From the NCBI GenBank assembly GCA_016214745.1, contig JACRNW010000001.1, positions 1,038 to 65,037 on the forward strand: DNA of 64,000 bases. The letters are read 5' to 3'. The notes under the pieces are model-generated. The model did not search any database. It had not been told where the DNA came from and saw only the letters and a program-made list of their open reading frames with translations. Source of the DNA: Candidatus Falkowbacteria bacterium (lineage in GTDB: Bacteria; Patescibacteriota; Patescibacteriia; XYB2-FULL-38-15). Numbering within the stretch: the first letter of the stretch is position 1; each line of letters begins with the position of its first letter. This document shows, one piece after another, positions 9,708-19,110 of the stretch. The position numbers were made by a program, and so were the translations under genes.

Positions 9708-10802
9708 TTATTGTCGCGGCGTAAAAGAAACTCGAGTTGAGCCAGTGCCGCCGCCAAATGACGCCGAGATATCAACCAAAACTTTGTAACCGACTTCAGC
9801 ACTCGTTCCAATTTTGAAAGAAACCGCATAAACACCGCCGCCAGAATGAACAAGAGTGTAGGTGATGTTGCCCGAATTGTAATGGGCCACGGCTTTGACC
9901 GTCGCATTAGTTATCGGATTGCCCGCGCCGTCTTTTACTGTCGCGGTGATTGTCTCATTGCCCCTGACGTTTGGCGTCGGATTGCTGATTTGTCCCACGA
10001 CGCCAATAATTATTGCTGGCGGTGGCGGCGCGGTGTTGGTATTGGTATTTGTGTTTGTAGCCGTATTCGTGTTAGTTTCGGTATTTGTGTTCGCGTTAGT
10101 GTTCGCGCCTGCTTCCGCATTAGTGTTGACCGCCGCATTCACGTTCTCGTTAGCATTAGTTTCAATAATCGGCACATAAGTCACAGTTTCAGTAGTGCTG
10201 GCAAGATTGCCGGCCGGATCAGTCGCCGTCACGGTTAAATTATTTTCTCCGGACGTTAGCGGAATGTTCGCGCTCCAGGTACCGTCGGCGCCCACAGTGG
10301 CGGCAACGCCGTTCACGGTGACTATTGAACCTGGCGCCGCTTTGCCGCTCGCAATATAATTTTTATCATTTACAACTAAACCCGCGGCAGACTGCACTTC
10401 AAGCGTCGGCGCAGCTGTATCAAATTTTATGACAATTTCGCCTGAAGTGCGGCTCGATCTTCTAACCGCGTTAAGCGCCCGAGCCGTAAATTTATTTTCT
10501 CCGGCGACAAGCGAAACATTTTCAAAAATAAAATTTCCTTCCGCGTCCGCGCTTGCCATAGCCACCGCTTTTTTATCCTTATCAAAAATTACAACTACTG
10601 CGTCCGCCCTGGCTGTTCCCCTGAGCGTCACTTTTTCTTGATTAGTGACGGTAGGAAATCCGGTAAACTTTGGCGCCGGCAAATAAATCACTGCCAGCCA
10701 AATAATAAGGCCGACTGCTAACAAAAACAACGCTGCCGAAATGGCGCACCAAATCAGCCTCTCGCGCGTTAATTTTGTCTTTAAAACAAAAGGTAAATCC
10801 AT
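9708..10802 (-). CDS. Membrane-anchored surface protein with Ig-like domains and Asn/Thr-rich linker
   Basis: TM helix; VTVNG...ADGTWS...LTSGENNLTVTATDPAGN Ig motif; NTNTNT linker and PPPP. Confidence 0.75.
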   Translation of the reverse strand: MDLPFVLKTKLTRERLIWCAISAALFLLAVGLIIWLAVIYLPAPKFTGFPTVTNQEKVTLRGTARADAVVVIFDKDKKAVAMASADAEGNFIFENVSLVAGENKFTARALNAVRRSSRTSGEIVIKFDTAAPTLEVQSAAGLVVNDKNYIASGKAAPGSIVTVNGVAATVGADGTWSANIPLTSGENNLTVTATDPAGNLASTTETVTYVPIIETNANENVNAAVNTNAEAGANTNANTNTETNTNTATNTNTNTNTAPPPPAIIIGVVGQISNPTPNVRGNETITATVKDGAGNPITNATVKAVAHYNSGNITYTLVHSGGGVYAVSFKIGTSAEVGYKVLVDISASFGGGTGSTRVSFTPRQ

Positions 10803-10871
10803 AAATTTGGAATTAATAATAAATTACCTCTTGTCTTATAACGAAGAAGTATCAATTTTCTTACACCTAAA

Positions 10872-11234
10872 TTACGCCTGCGTTTGAGGCATTACCGACG
10901 CTTTTTTAACCCGCAAAAGCGGCGCTAAAACTCCAAGGCCGTAACCGAGCCAAAGTGTCCAATCCCCGAAGATCGCTGGATTAAACCGCATCGTCACAAT
11001 GACGTCTAAAATCACGCCAACCACGAGCCAAGAAAAACCATAGCCCAAGGCCAAACCATAATTTTTTGGCTTAACGTAACCAGCAAAAATGAAAGAAAGG
11101 ACGCCGGCAATAATGGCGAAGCCAATACTTAACCAAAGAGATTCTTGGACTTTAAAACCAATAAAAGCAGAAACAATCACAAACATCAACGCCCAAATAA
11201 TAGCGCCAAAACCGATAGCTTTTTTCCAATTCAT
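10872..11234 (-). CDS. Small 4-TM membrane protein, unknown function
   Basis: Four hydrophobic segments in 120 aa. Confidence 0.75.
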   Translation of the reverse strand: MNWKKAIGFGAIIWALMFVIVSAFIGFKVQESLWLSIGFAIIAGVLSFIFAGYVKPKNYGLALGYGFSWLVVGVILDVIVTMRFNPAIFGDWTLWLGYGLGVLAPLLRVKKASVMPQTQA

Positions 11235-11295
11235 AAATTCACCCCCTTTTCAAAAAATTTATACTAAAACCCCGGAATTAATCCGGGGTAAATTT

Positions 11296-12021
11296 TTATT
11301 GTGCCAAAGGAAGCGCGGTCAGGTTGGTATTGTTAATACCCAAACCGAGTTCTCTCATAATCCTGAAGGCGTCGTCAGGCCGGCCGAGATAATATTTTTT
11401 TCTGTCTTTCGGATAAATGTAGTAGGCCTCGCCGTGCGACTGGACATCGAGCAAAATTCTTCCGACAACATTCGTCGGAAAATAAGTCGTGTTGGTTATG
11501 AAGTCGTGCGTGGCGCCGAGCCCGAGCGTTCGCATCACATTAAATGCGTCAGTCGGACGGCCGAGATAATAACCTTTCTTGTCCACCGGATAATAGTAAT
11601 AGGCCTCGCCGTTTTTTTCTACGGCCAAAAAAATGTAGCCGAGATATTTAGTCAAACTTGTCGCGGAAGTTCCGGTCCCGCTCGAAGTGCCGGAAGTATT
11701 TGTTAAAGCTTTGTCGGTAAGTTGCATCAAAACCGCGCCGACCCAGCCGACCGTACCGTCAGCCAGCTGCACTTTGTACCAGCCGTCAGTTTCACCGATT
11801 ACCTTAATTACCGAACCCTTAACCACGGTTTTTAAAATTGTTGAGTTAACTGTGCAAGGCTCGTTTCGGACGTAAGCGCTAATAATCACTTCGCCGCGCA
11901 AATCGCGATCGTAAATCGGATCGCAACCGCAACACTCTGTGGCGGCCGAGACATGATTTACTGGCCAGAAACCGAAGGCTAAAATAGCCAAAACTACAAT
12001 GGAAAATGCCTGTTTTTTCAT
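11296..12021 (-). CDS. Secreted SH3b-domain protein with duplicated C-terminal module
   Basis: Signal peptide; VRNEP...VIGETDGWYKVQLADGTVGWV (SH3b); two copies of L-x-V-x-x-x-GEAYY-x-YP-x-D-x-K-x-YYLGRP-x-DAF-x-x-MR-x-LGLG. Confidence 0.8.
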   Translation of the reverse strand: MKKQAFSIVVLAILAFGFWPVNHVSAATECCGCDPIYDRDLRGEVIISAYVRNEPCTVNSTILKTVVKGSVIKVIGETDGWYKVQLADGTVGWVGAVLMQLTDKALTNTSGTSSGTGTSATSLTKYLGYIFLAVEKNGEAYYYYPVDKKGYYLGRPTDAFNVMRTLGLGATHDFITNTTYFPTNVVGRILLDVQSHGEAYYIYPKDRKKYYLGRPDDAFRIMRELGLGINNTNLTALPLAQ

Positions 12022-12100
12022 AATCTTAAAATTATGACTTAGGCGGACACTGATTTTATTTTATCATTTTTAAAAATCAGCGTCCATTTTCATTGTAACG

Positions 12101-12454
12101 TTAATACACCCTTTTAAATTTCACGACAAAAACCGGTTCATATTTATTTTCGTACTCATCAGTCACCTGAACCGTCTCGCCTTTCACAAAAGTATTTAAA
12201 GCAAGGTCGGAAAGCATTTCCGCGTCGGTTTCCGTGTCCGCTTTTAAAGTTTCAAGCTCATTAAACTCGGAAGAAAAATCTCCCCGCACGTCCATTTCAA
12301 TTTTTTTCTTTTTCTCGCGAAGAGTTTTTAAATCCTCCACAATTTTTCCATAATCAGCGCTTTGGGTAAGCGCGTCTTTGTACGCGGATCTAATTTCTTT
12401 CTGTTTCTTTTTTGTTTTTTGCATGCGGAGCCAAACTTCTTGAAGATTTGCCAT
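12101..12454 (-). CDS. Hypothetical coiled-coil protein
   Basis: 117 aa from ATG 12454 (MANLQEVW...YEPVFVVKFKRVY). Confidence 0.75.
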   Translation of the reverse strand: MANLQEVWLRMQKTKKKQKEIRSAYKDALTQSADYGKIVEDLKTLREKKKKIEMDVRGDFSSEFNELETLKADTETDAEMLSDLALNTFVKGETVQVTDEYENKYEPVFVVKFKRVY

Positions 12455-12523
12455 ACTTCGTAATGTTAAAAATTTAATCAAAAAACCAGTTACTTTCTTC
12501 TCCGAATAACCGGTAAATAAATT

Positions 12524-12715
12524 TTAACCAAAAAGTTTAATTATTTTATCAACAATAATTTGATGTTCTCTTTCGTCATTTCTAATGTGTTCAATGTCGC
12601 CGCGCCAGCCGTTGGCCAAAAGTTCTTTTAAAATCAAATCACAGTTATCCTCAGCTATTTTTTCCATCTTTTTCGCTTCGGCAAGTATTGATTCAACTTC
12701 CGGTCTGCTCGGCAT
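12524..12715 (-). CDS. Small two-helix ferritin/rubrerythrin-like half protein
   Basis: AKKMEKIAE...IRNDEREHQ (E...ExxH pattern). Confidence 0.55.
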   Translation of the reverse strand: MPSRPEVESILAEAKKMEKIAEDNCDLILKELLANGWRGDIEHIRNDEREHQIIVDKIIKLFG

Positions 12716-12716
12716 A

Positions 12717-12941
12717 TTATTTTAAATTATTAATAATATTTTCCAAAACTTTTTTATGTCCAGAACTTTGCGCGATTAAAATTTCCAAATATTTTTTAAC
12801 TTCTTTGCGGTCGGTTTCGGAAAAAATTTCCATAAAACCCTCGTCTCTAATCAATTCCATATAAAGAGTAATAAAATCGTCTTCGTAAATAATCCCCTGT
12901 TTAATCAAGTTTTCCACTCCTGTAATTTTTTGATCATCCAT
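12717..12941 (-). CDS. Small two-helix ferritin-like half protein (degenerate)
   Basis: From ATG 12941: GIIYEDDFITLY...LEILIAQSSGHKKVLENII. Confidence 0.5.
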   Translation of the reverse strand: MDDQKITGVENLIKQGIIYEDDFITLYMELIRDEGFMEIFSETDRKEVKKYLEILIAQSSGHKKVLENIINNLK

Positions 12942-12954
12942 AAATTTTAAGTGC

Positions 12955-13623
12955 TTACAAATATTTTTTCCACTCCTTCGGCCAAGGTAGTTCAACCGTT
13001 TTTATTTCATCGCTCGTGGCCAAGTGAAACGAAAGCGACGCGGCAAAAAGAGCAATAGATTTATCGGGCAGAGGTTCGCTTGCGCCGTATTTAAGATCGC
13101 CCAAAATCGGGTGGCCGATTGAGGTAAGCTGGGCGCGAATCTGGTGCGCCCGGCCTGTTCCTAATTTTATTTTTAATAAAGAATTTTTAGCGCCAACTTT
13201 TTCCACTTCCCAAAAAAGTTCAGCACGTGCCGTTCCTGGCATTTCATGATCAAAAACTTCCACCACATTTTTCTTTTCATCTTTTTTCAAAAAACTTACA
13301 ATTTCGCCGCTCGATTTTTCCATTTTTCCAACTACAACCGCATAATAATATTTTTCAACCGCGTGCTCGCGAAATTGCGCCGAGATCCTTGACGCGCCTT
13401 TGCTTGTTTTCGCGAAAAGCACAACGCCGCCGACCGGCCGATCCAGCCGATGGACAAGCCCCAAAAAAACATTGCCAGGTTTTTTATATTTTTCTTTTAA
13501 ATATTTTTTCACTTCGTCCATTAAACACGGATCACCCGTTTTATCCGCCTGCACAAGCATTCCGGCTGGTTTTTCCACGACGATCAAATGATTATCTTCA
13601 TATAAAACATTGAGTTTCATCAT
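12955..13623 (-). CDS. RluA-family pseudouridine synthase
   Basis: VLYEDNHLIVVEKPAG, VHRLDRPVGG, TGRAHQIRAQ, GHPILGDLKYG. Confidence 0.93.
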   Translation of the reverse strand: MMKLNVLYEDNHLIVVEKPAGMLVQADKTGDPCLMDEVKKYLKEKYKKPGNVFLGLVHRLDRPVGGVVLFAKTSKGASRISAQFREHAVEKYYYAVVVGKMEKSSGEIVSFLKKDEKKNVVEVFDHEMPGTARAELFWEVEKVGAKNSLLKIKLGTGRAHQIRAQLTSIGHPILGDLKYGASEPLPDKSIALFAASLSFHLATSDEIKTVELPWPKEWKKYL

Positions 13624-13782
13624 AGACCTTTTGCGGGATAATTTTTCGTCGCGAAATTCATAAATTTTGAGCGAAAAATATGAAAGACGAGGAGGTTTAT
13701 TAATAATAAGCCGACGAGTTTTGAATATTTTGCAGCCAAAATTTATAATTGCAGCAGAAAGGATTATCCCGTAAAAGGTCTA
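13623..13782. mobile_element. 160-bp MITE-like palindromic element with 20-bp TIRs (RPE-like ends)
   Basis: tagaccttttgcgggataat (13623-13642) / attatcccgtaaaaggtcta (13763-13782), 19/20 complementary. Confidence 0.7.
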
Positions 13783-14646
13783 ACTCCAGCGAGCAAAAAT
13801 ACCGCAAGGCAGTAGCCGACCGCTTCCTTTTTCTTCAATCGTCAATTCCCCTGCCTCAAGCGTTCCGCCATGCTTTTCCAAAAGCGGCAATAAATTATTT
13901 TTGTAAGCGGTCGCGGAATACCCGGAAGCATAACCATTAATTAGAAAAAATAACGGTTTATCCGTAAGTAATTCAAAACACAGCTTCATTAATTCCAAAA
14001 AATTATCTTCAATTTTCCAAAGTTCGCCGCCCGGCCCGTGGCCAAACGCCGGCGGATCCATCACGATGCCATCGTAGCGCCGGCCGCGTTTGATTTCCCG
14101 TTTCACAAACTTCACGGCATCCTCCAAAATCCAGCGAATCGGTTTTTCCTCCAAGCCGGAAAGAGCCGCGTTGTCGCGCGCCCAGGTAATGGCGACTTTT
14201 GAACCGTCCAAGTGGCATACTTCAGCGCCGGAGGCCGCAGCGGCAAGCGTCGCTCCGCCCGTGTAGCCAAAAAGATTAATCACGGAAATTTGTCTTTTCG
14301 CTCCGCCAACTAATTTTTTAATCCACTCCCAATTTCCGACTTGTTCCGGAAAAATTCCCAAATGTTTAAAAGTTGTGGGCTTTATCCAAAAATCCAAACC
14401 CGCCAGATTTATCTGCCAACGGCCAGGAACTTCTCTTTTTATTTTCCATTCTGCCGATTCAGCGCTTCGTTTAAATTCGCCGTCAACTTTTTTCCACGCG
14501 GCTAAATTTAATTTCGGCCAAAGCGCCTGCGGATCAGGACGCGAAAAAACAAACCGCCCGTAGCGTTCCAATTTCTCTCCCTCGCCGGAATCCAGCAACT
14601 CGTAATCCGCTGAGGATTTTGTTTTTAAAATTAAATAGTCAATCAT
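13780..14646 (-). CDS. Class I SAM-dependent methyltransferase (RlmI/RlmK-like family)
   Basis: YELLDSGEGEKLERYG, KHLGIFPEQ, NLFGYTGGAT, MDPPAFGHG. Confidence 0.88.
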   Translation of the reverse strand: MIDYLILKTKSSADYELLDSGEGEKLERYGRFVFSRPDPQALWPKLNLAAWKKVDGEFKRSAESAEWKIKREVPGRWQINLAGLDFWIKPTTFKHLGIFPEQVGNWEWIKKLVGGAKRQISVINLFGYTGGATLAAAASGAEVCHLDGSKVAITWARDNAALSGLEEKPIRWILEDAVKFVKREIKRGRRYDGIVMDPPAFGHGPGGELWKIEDNFLELMKLCFELLTDKPLFFLINGYASGYSATAYKNNLLPLLEKHGGTLEAGELTIEEKGSGRLLPCGIFARWS

Positions 14647-14662
14647 TTCAAGTTAATTCAAC

Positions 14663-16662
14663 TTACTGTCTGGTGCCAGAACCAGTTAGGGTGCAACTCA
14701 TGTAGTTAACTGTTCCATCAGTCGCGTAACCGACTGCATCCATAGACCCGCTACCGGAAAAAGCCGCGCCGCCGTCCTGCTCACTGAAAGCAAAGTAAAA
14801 TATTGCCGAAGCATAAGCAGTGCCACCCTCTACGGGCATTGACATCTGAAAGGATTCAATGGCCGCACCCGAATCGTCAATCGCGACATAAGTATTTACT
14901 GTGCTGTCAAACGTAACATTATTTATCACCGTAAAATCAAGCCCAAACGTATCTGAATAGGTTGGCCTACCCGGAACAGTGGTCACACAGTTGCCGGTCA
15001 ATGTTCCTGTATAATGCCCGTCCCACTGACCACCGGCCTCTCCTTCCGCCTGTAACTCGGCGGTGCTGGGCAAAAGATTTTTTTCCGTACAACCAGACTC
15101 ACCTCCCATATATCTGCCGCCAGAGTATGTCAAGAAATCCCAACACTGGGTATTGTTATTACCAATTTTGTAGTCGCAAGTATAACCAAATTCGGCGGTG
15201 GGAAGGCGGCTCTTGGCAAGCCCGGCCCCGCCTACGGTTCCGCCCTTGGCCACGCAGTCGTCGTAAAATTTTTGCACGGTCGGACTGTGGCCAGAGGATG
15301 AAGGTTCGCCGATATAGATAACGCCCATTCCTTCCAAATTATGCCAACCATTTTCCCAATCTTTTCCCGAATTCTTTTCCCCTTTAGCAAAACCTATCGC
15401 CGAAGCATCAATGCCATTTGTTGATTGCATTATCTCTTCAACACAATAAACGTTGGTCGGCCCGCCCGAACCGGTACTAATCCCGCCGCGACCAATGCAG
15501 ATTTTTCTGGCTGGCGGCTGATTACTGGTGCCACCGGTTGTACCACCAGTTGTGCCGCCGCCCGAGACGTTTCCTCCAGTATTTTGTTTCTGCTGATTAG
15601 TTTGATTTTGTTGTTGATTATTAGTTTGTGTTTGTTGTCCTGACGGTTTACACCTCGTGTCGCAATTGTACATCCGTCTTTGGTAGTCAGTCATCTTAAC
15701 GGTCGGATCACTGCAAACCTGACAAGTAACATCCATCCCCGGCCCGATGTCCGGAACTGGCGGCAAGGCAGCAAAAGCCGAAGGAATAAAATCAAACGAG
15801 AAGAAACCCGCTTTCTCGGAATGCGTAATGCCATTCAACCAATGACGCTCTACTCTTAATTTGGCGCCGACGTAAAGCATTGACACCTGATTTTTCATTT
15901 GGATGGCGCCGTCACCAAATTCTTTAAGCTCGGAAATTTTTTGGACGCTATGCTCAAATAATTGCTTGGCTTTTCTGTCGCTCAATTTTAATTTAAAATC
16001 GCCCGGGTCGTCCCTCACATCTCCCCAAACTTTTGGATCTAAAGATGCGATTCCAACTTCGTTGACCCAGTCTACGGCCGCCTCTTTATAACTCTCCAAT
16101 TCTTTGGGCACACTAAGATCTTTCAATCTTCCCGACACCATCTGAGTTTCAATGCCGACTCTCTGCCAGGAAGCGGTAACGAGTGGTTTTTTTTCTACCA
16201 ATGAATCGCCCATTATTTTTGCCACAGTCGCTTCAGCCAAATTATCCTGAATTAAAAAAAGTGAATCGGAAAATTTTTTATCGTTCAAGTCGGTTAAATA
16301 GACATAAACCCCGAAACCGGCCAAAAGCAAAATCACACCGATGATGATTGAACCGATAATCGGTTGTCGGATGATGAGACGGATTAAGGAATAAAATATA
16401 AAATAAATAAGATAAAGAATGCAAATTGCAAAAAAGGCGAGAAACGCGGATATTCCCAAAATTTCTAAACGGCTGTACTCTGCAAAGCTAGACACTCCAC
16501 TTTCCATAAAATAAAACACTGGAATTAAAACCACAAAACCCACGAACCAAATAGTGAAAAAATCAGGCTCATTGTCTTTTGTTTGGCGGTAACTGGCGTG
16601 CCGCATTTGGGGCAAAATTTCAAAAAGGCCCCCAAATTCCGGCCGCATTTTGCGCAACGCAT
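14663..16662 (-). CDS. Large membrane-anchored Cys-rich protein with N-terminal zinc ribbon; frameshifted near 16555-16590
   Basis: ATG 16662 gives MRCAKCGRNLGAFLKFCPKCGTPV (stop at 16525) in a different frame from the long ORF (TM helices, Q/N- and GGTT-rich linkers, Cys-rich C-terminus). Total 2000 bp, one base short of in-frame. Confidence 0.65.
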
Positions 16663-16851
16663 AGTGTTTTAATTAATGTTAAAACTATTATTAGTTTACC
16701 ACATTTTGACTCGGTGGAATAGCATTTAATCCACAACAAAAACCGCCGAAAGCGGTTTTAATAATTTTTGAGACCAAACTCCGAGACTTGGATTCGTCCG
16801 GTCATTCGACCGGACGCCCCGTCGGATGACGGGGCGAACTCCCGCCCTAAT

Positions 16852-16922
16852 CTCGGGGACCTGGATTCGAACCAGGATAGCCACCTTCAAAGGGTGGTGT
16901 CCTACCGTTAGACGATCCCCGA
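16852..16922 (-). tRNA. tRNA-Gln(TTG)
   Basis: TCGGGGA TC GTCTAACGGTAGGAC A CCACC CT TTG AA GGTGG ... CCTGG TTCGAAT CCAGG TCCCCGA G. Confidence 0.93.
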
Positions 16923-16990
16923 GAGCAGAGCGAGAAATTTAAATAAAAAAATACAGACTTTTGACTTGTCTGTATTTTAACTTTTTTCTT

Positions 16991-17905
16991 TTAAACTTTC
17001 AAGTACCGGCCCACCGCCAAACTACTTGTCACAATATTTAAGAGCACAACGCCCACGAATTGCCAGCCAAAAATCTGAAGAAAATTTTGGGAAAAATAGC
17101 CGAGTAAATTAAATTCCGCGCCGCCGAAAAATCCGGCCAGATACGGTTCGGCAAAACCGATCGCCGGAAAGGTAAGAAGTATCGTAAAGAAAACGGCAAA
17201 AATTCCGTAGAAAACTCCGCTCGCGAGGAATGGCGCCCGGACAAACCAGTTGGCCGCGCCGACCAATTTCATTACTCCTATTTCTTCGCGGTGAGTGTAA
17301 ATCGTCATCCTGACCGTGTTAAATCCGATTAAAACCGCGACAACGGCAAAAAGTCCGGCTATGCCAAACCCCGTACTCTTGGCTTTTTCTGAAATGGAAT
17401 CAATTTTTTTAATTATTGCCTCGTGATCTTCAAAACTTTTCTCTTGAATAATATTTGCGTATTGCGCGTCGTCAAAAACTTCTAAAATTTCCGGGTAATC
17501 GGCGGGGTCATGCGCTTTAACAATAAGGGTCGCGCCGAGCGGATTTTCCCCGACTTCCTCAAGAGATTCTTTTATCACCGCGTCGTTTTCATGTTTTTTT
17601 GTAAAATCCCTGAGCGCCTCTTCCGGCGAAACATAAATTACATCTTTTACTCCAGACAAACTCAAAAGATATGATTTTATATTTCCAATCTCGCTTTCAG
17701 CCACTCCTGGTTTGAAATAAACACTGACGTCAATTTTATCTTCCACTTGGGCGACCGCTGTTTTGGTCAAAAAATTCAAAGTAATCAAAAAATTTATTGA
17801 AACTAAAGTCAAAACTAAAACCACGACCGTGGCCGTAGTAAGCCAAAAATTTCGCCAAAAATCTTGCGAAGAAAATTTAATAATGCGGAATAGCGCTGCA
17901 AACAT
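16991..17905 (-). CDS. ftsX: Cell division permease FtsX
   Basis: FWRNFWLT, YVSPEEAL, ENPLGAT, NTVRMTIYTHREEIGVMKLVGA; downstream of ftsE. Confidence 0.93.
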   Translation of the reverse strand: MFAALFRIIKFSSQDFWRNFWLTTATVVVLVLTLVSINFLITLNFLTKTAVAQVEDKIDVSVYFKPGVAESEIGNIKSYLLSLSGVKDVIYVSPEEALRDFTKKHENDAVIKESLEEVGENPLGATLIVKAHDPADYPEILEVFDDAQYANIIQEKSFEDHEAIIKKIDSISEKAKSTGFGIAGLFAVVAVLIGFNTVRMTIYTHREEIGVMKLVGAANWFVRAPFLASGVFYGIFAVFFTILLTFPAIGFAEPYLAGFFGGAEFNLLGYFSQNFLQIFGWQFVGVVLLNIVTSSLAVGRYLKV

Positions 17906-17909
17906 ATGC

Positions 17910-17944
17910 TAGAATTTAGAAAATAGAAGCTAGAATTTAGAATT
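17910..17944. repeat. Heptamer array (TAGAANN x5) on one side of the four-helix-bundle gene
   Basis: tagaatt tagaaaa tagaagc tagaatt tagaatt. Confidence 0.8.
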
Positions 17945-18280
17945 AACAAAGTTATTTAATATTTTCATCACCTCTACTAAGGTAATCTCTACTCCTTTAA
18001 AACTTAATTTCGGAAATAAAACTTTAGCAATTTCGATCTGGCTTTCCAATTCTGACCCAGAACCAAACGCAACGCACAATAATTGTTTCTTTTCTTTGGC
18101 GTGAAAACGATGATAGCTCTCAGCAATATTGGAAGAAATAGAAATTACAGCTCTTCTCATCTGATTCGTTAAACCATACACTTCAGAATGAGGAAATTCA
18201 TCTGTCAACCGATAAATCTCTACAGCCAAATCACGCGCTTTCTGCCAAACCACCAATTCCTTAAAAGATTTTGTGGCCAT
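17930..18280 (-). CDS. Four helix bundle protein (23S rRNA IVS-like family)
   Basis: SFKELVVWQKA, FPHSEVYGLTNQMRRAVISISSNIAE, GSGSELESQ. Confidence 0.92.
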   Translation of the reverse strand: MATKSFKELVVWQKARDLAVEIYRLTDEFPHSEVYGLTNQMRRAVISISSNIAESYHRFHAKEKKQLLCVAFGSGSELESQIEIAKVLFPKLSFKGVEITLVEVMKILNNFVNSKF

Positions 18281-18281
18281 A

Positions 18282-18316
18282 AATTCTATTTTCTATTTTC
18301 TACTTTCTAGATTCTA
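18282..18316. repeat. Inverted heptamer array (NNTTCTA x5) on the other side of the four-helix-bundle gene
   Basis: aattcta ttttcta ttttcta ctttcta gattcta; the last unit supplies the ftsE stop codon. Confidence 0.8.
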
Positions 18317-18994
18317 CAATACGTATTTTCCAACCTCTTGATCGCTGATAACCGTCCCCTGCTCAAGCGTTACGACTCGCCGGCGCAAAGAATTAACCAA
18401 CTCGCGATTATGAGAAACCAAAAGAACGGTCGTGCCAAACTCATTGATTTTCAAAAGTAAATCAGCGATTTCTCTCGTATTGATTGAATCAAGATTTCCG
18501 GTTGGCTCGTCGGCCACTAAAATCTTCGGCCGATGAATCAGGGCACGGGCGATAGCGACTCTCTGCTGCTCGCCGCCCGAAACTTGTTTTGGATAACGGT
18601 CAGCTTTTTCATCCAAACCGACAATTCTCAAAACTTGCGGAACAATTGTTTTGATTCTTCCAACTGAGGCACCGCAAACTTCAAGAGCAAAGGCGACATT
18701 TTCAAAAATAGTTTTCTTGGGCAAAAGTTTAAAATCCTGAAAAATAACTCCGATCTGCCGCCGCAAAGTCGGAATTTCCGAGCGTCTGATTTTTGTAATA
18801 TCCCAATCGCCGATCGTGATCTTACCGCGCGTCGGACGCTCTTCCGCAGTCAGCAATTTGATAAGCGTCGTTTTGCCGGTCCCCGACTGGCCGACAATAG
18901 AAACAAATTCTCCGGCGTTAATTTTTAAATTTACGCCCTGCAGGGCGACTGTGTTCGGCGGATAAATTTTTTCTATACCTCGAAACTCAATCAT
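18314..18994 (-). CDS. ftsE: Cell division ABC ATPase FtsE
   Basis: GQSGTGKTT, LRRQIGVIFQDFKLL, SGGEQQRVAIARA, ADEPTGNLD. Confidence 0.95.
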   Translation of the reverse strand: MIEFRGIEKIYPPNTVALQGVNLKINAGEFVSIVGQSGTGKTTLIKLLTAEERPTRGKITIGDWDITKIRRSEIPTLRRQIGVIFQDFKLLPKKTIFENVAFALEVCGASVGRIKTIVPQVLRIVGLDEKADRYPKQVSGGEQQRVAIARALIHRPKILVADEPTGNLDSINTREIADLLLKINEFGTTVLLVSHNRELVNSLRRRVVTLEQGTVISDQEVGKYVL

Positions 18995-19058
18995 ATTAAT
19001 ACATTATATGCGATTATCAAAAAAATGCCAACCCCAAAATCTAAGAAAAGGTCTTGAC

Positions 19059-19087
19059 TTGATTTTTCTCTTAAAACGTCCTAAACT
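19059..19087 (+). promoter_or_regulatory. Putative sigma70 promoter for the tRNA-Gly/Thr cluster
   Basis: TTGATT-17 bp-TAAACT, 23 bp upstream of the tRNA. Confidence 0.5.
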
Positions 19088-19110
19088 AAGATTAATATTT
19101 ACAAAAAGGC

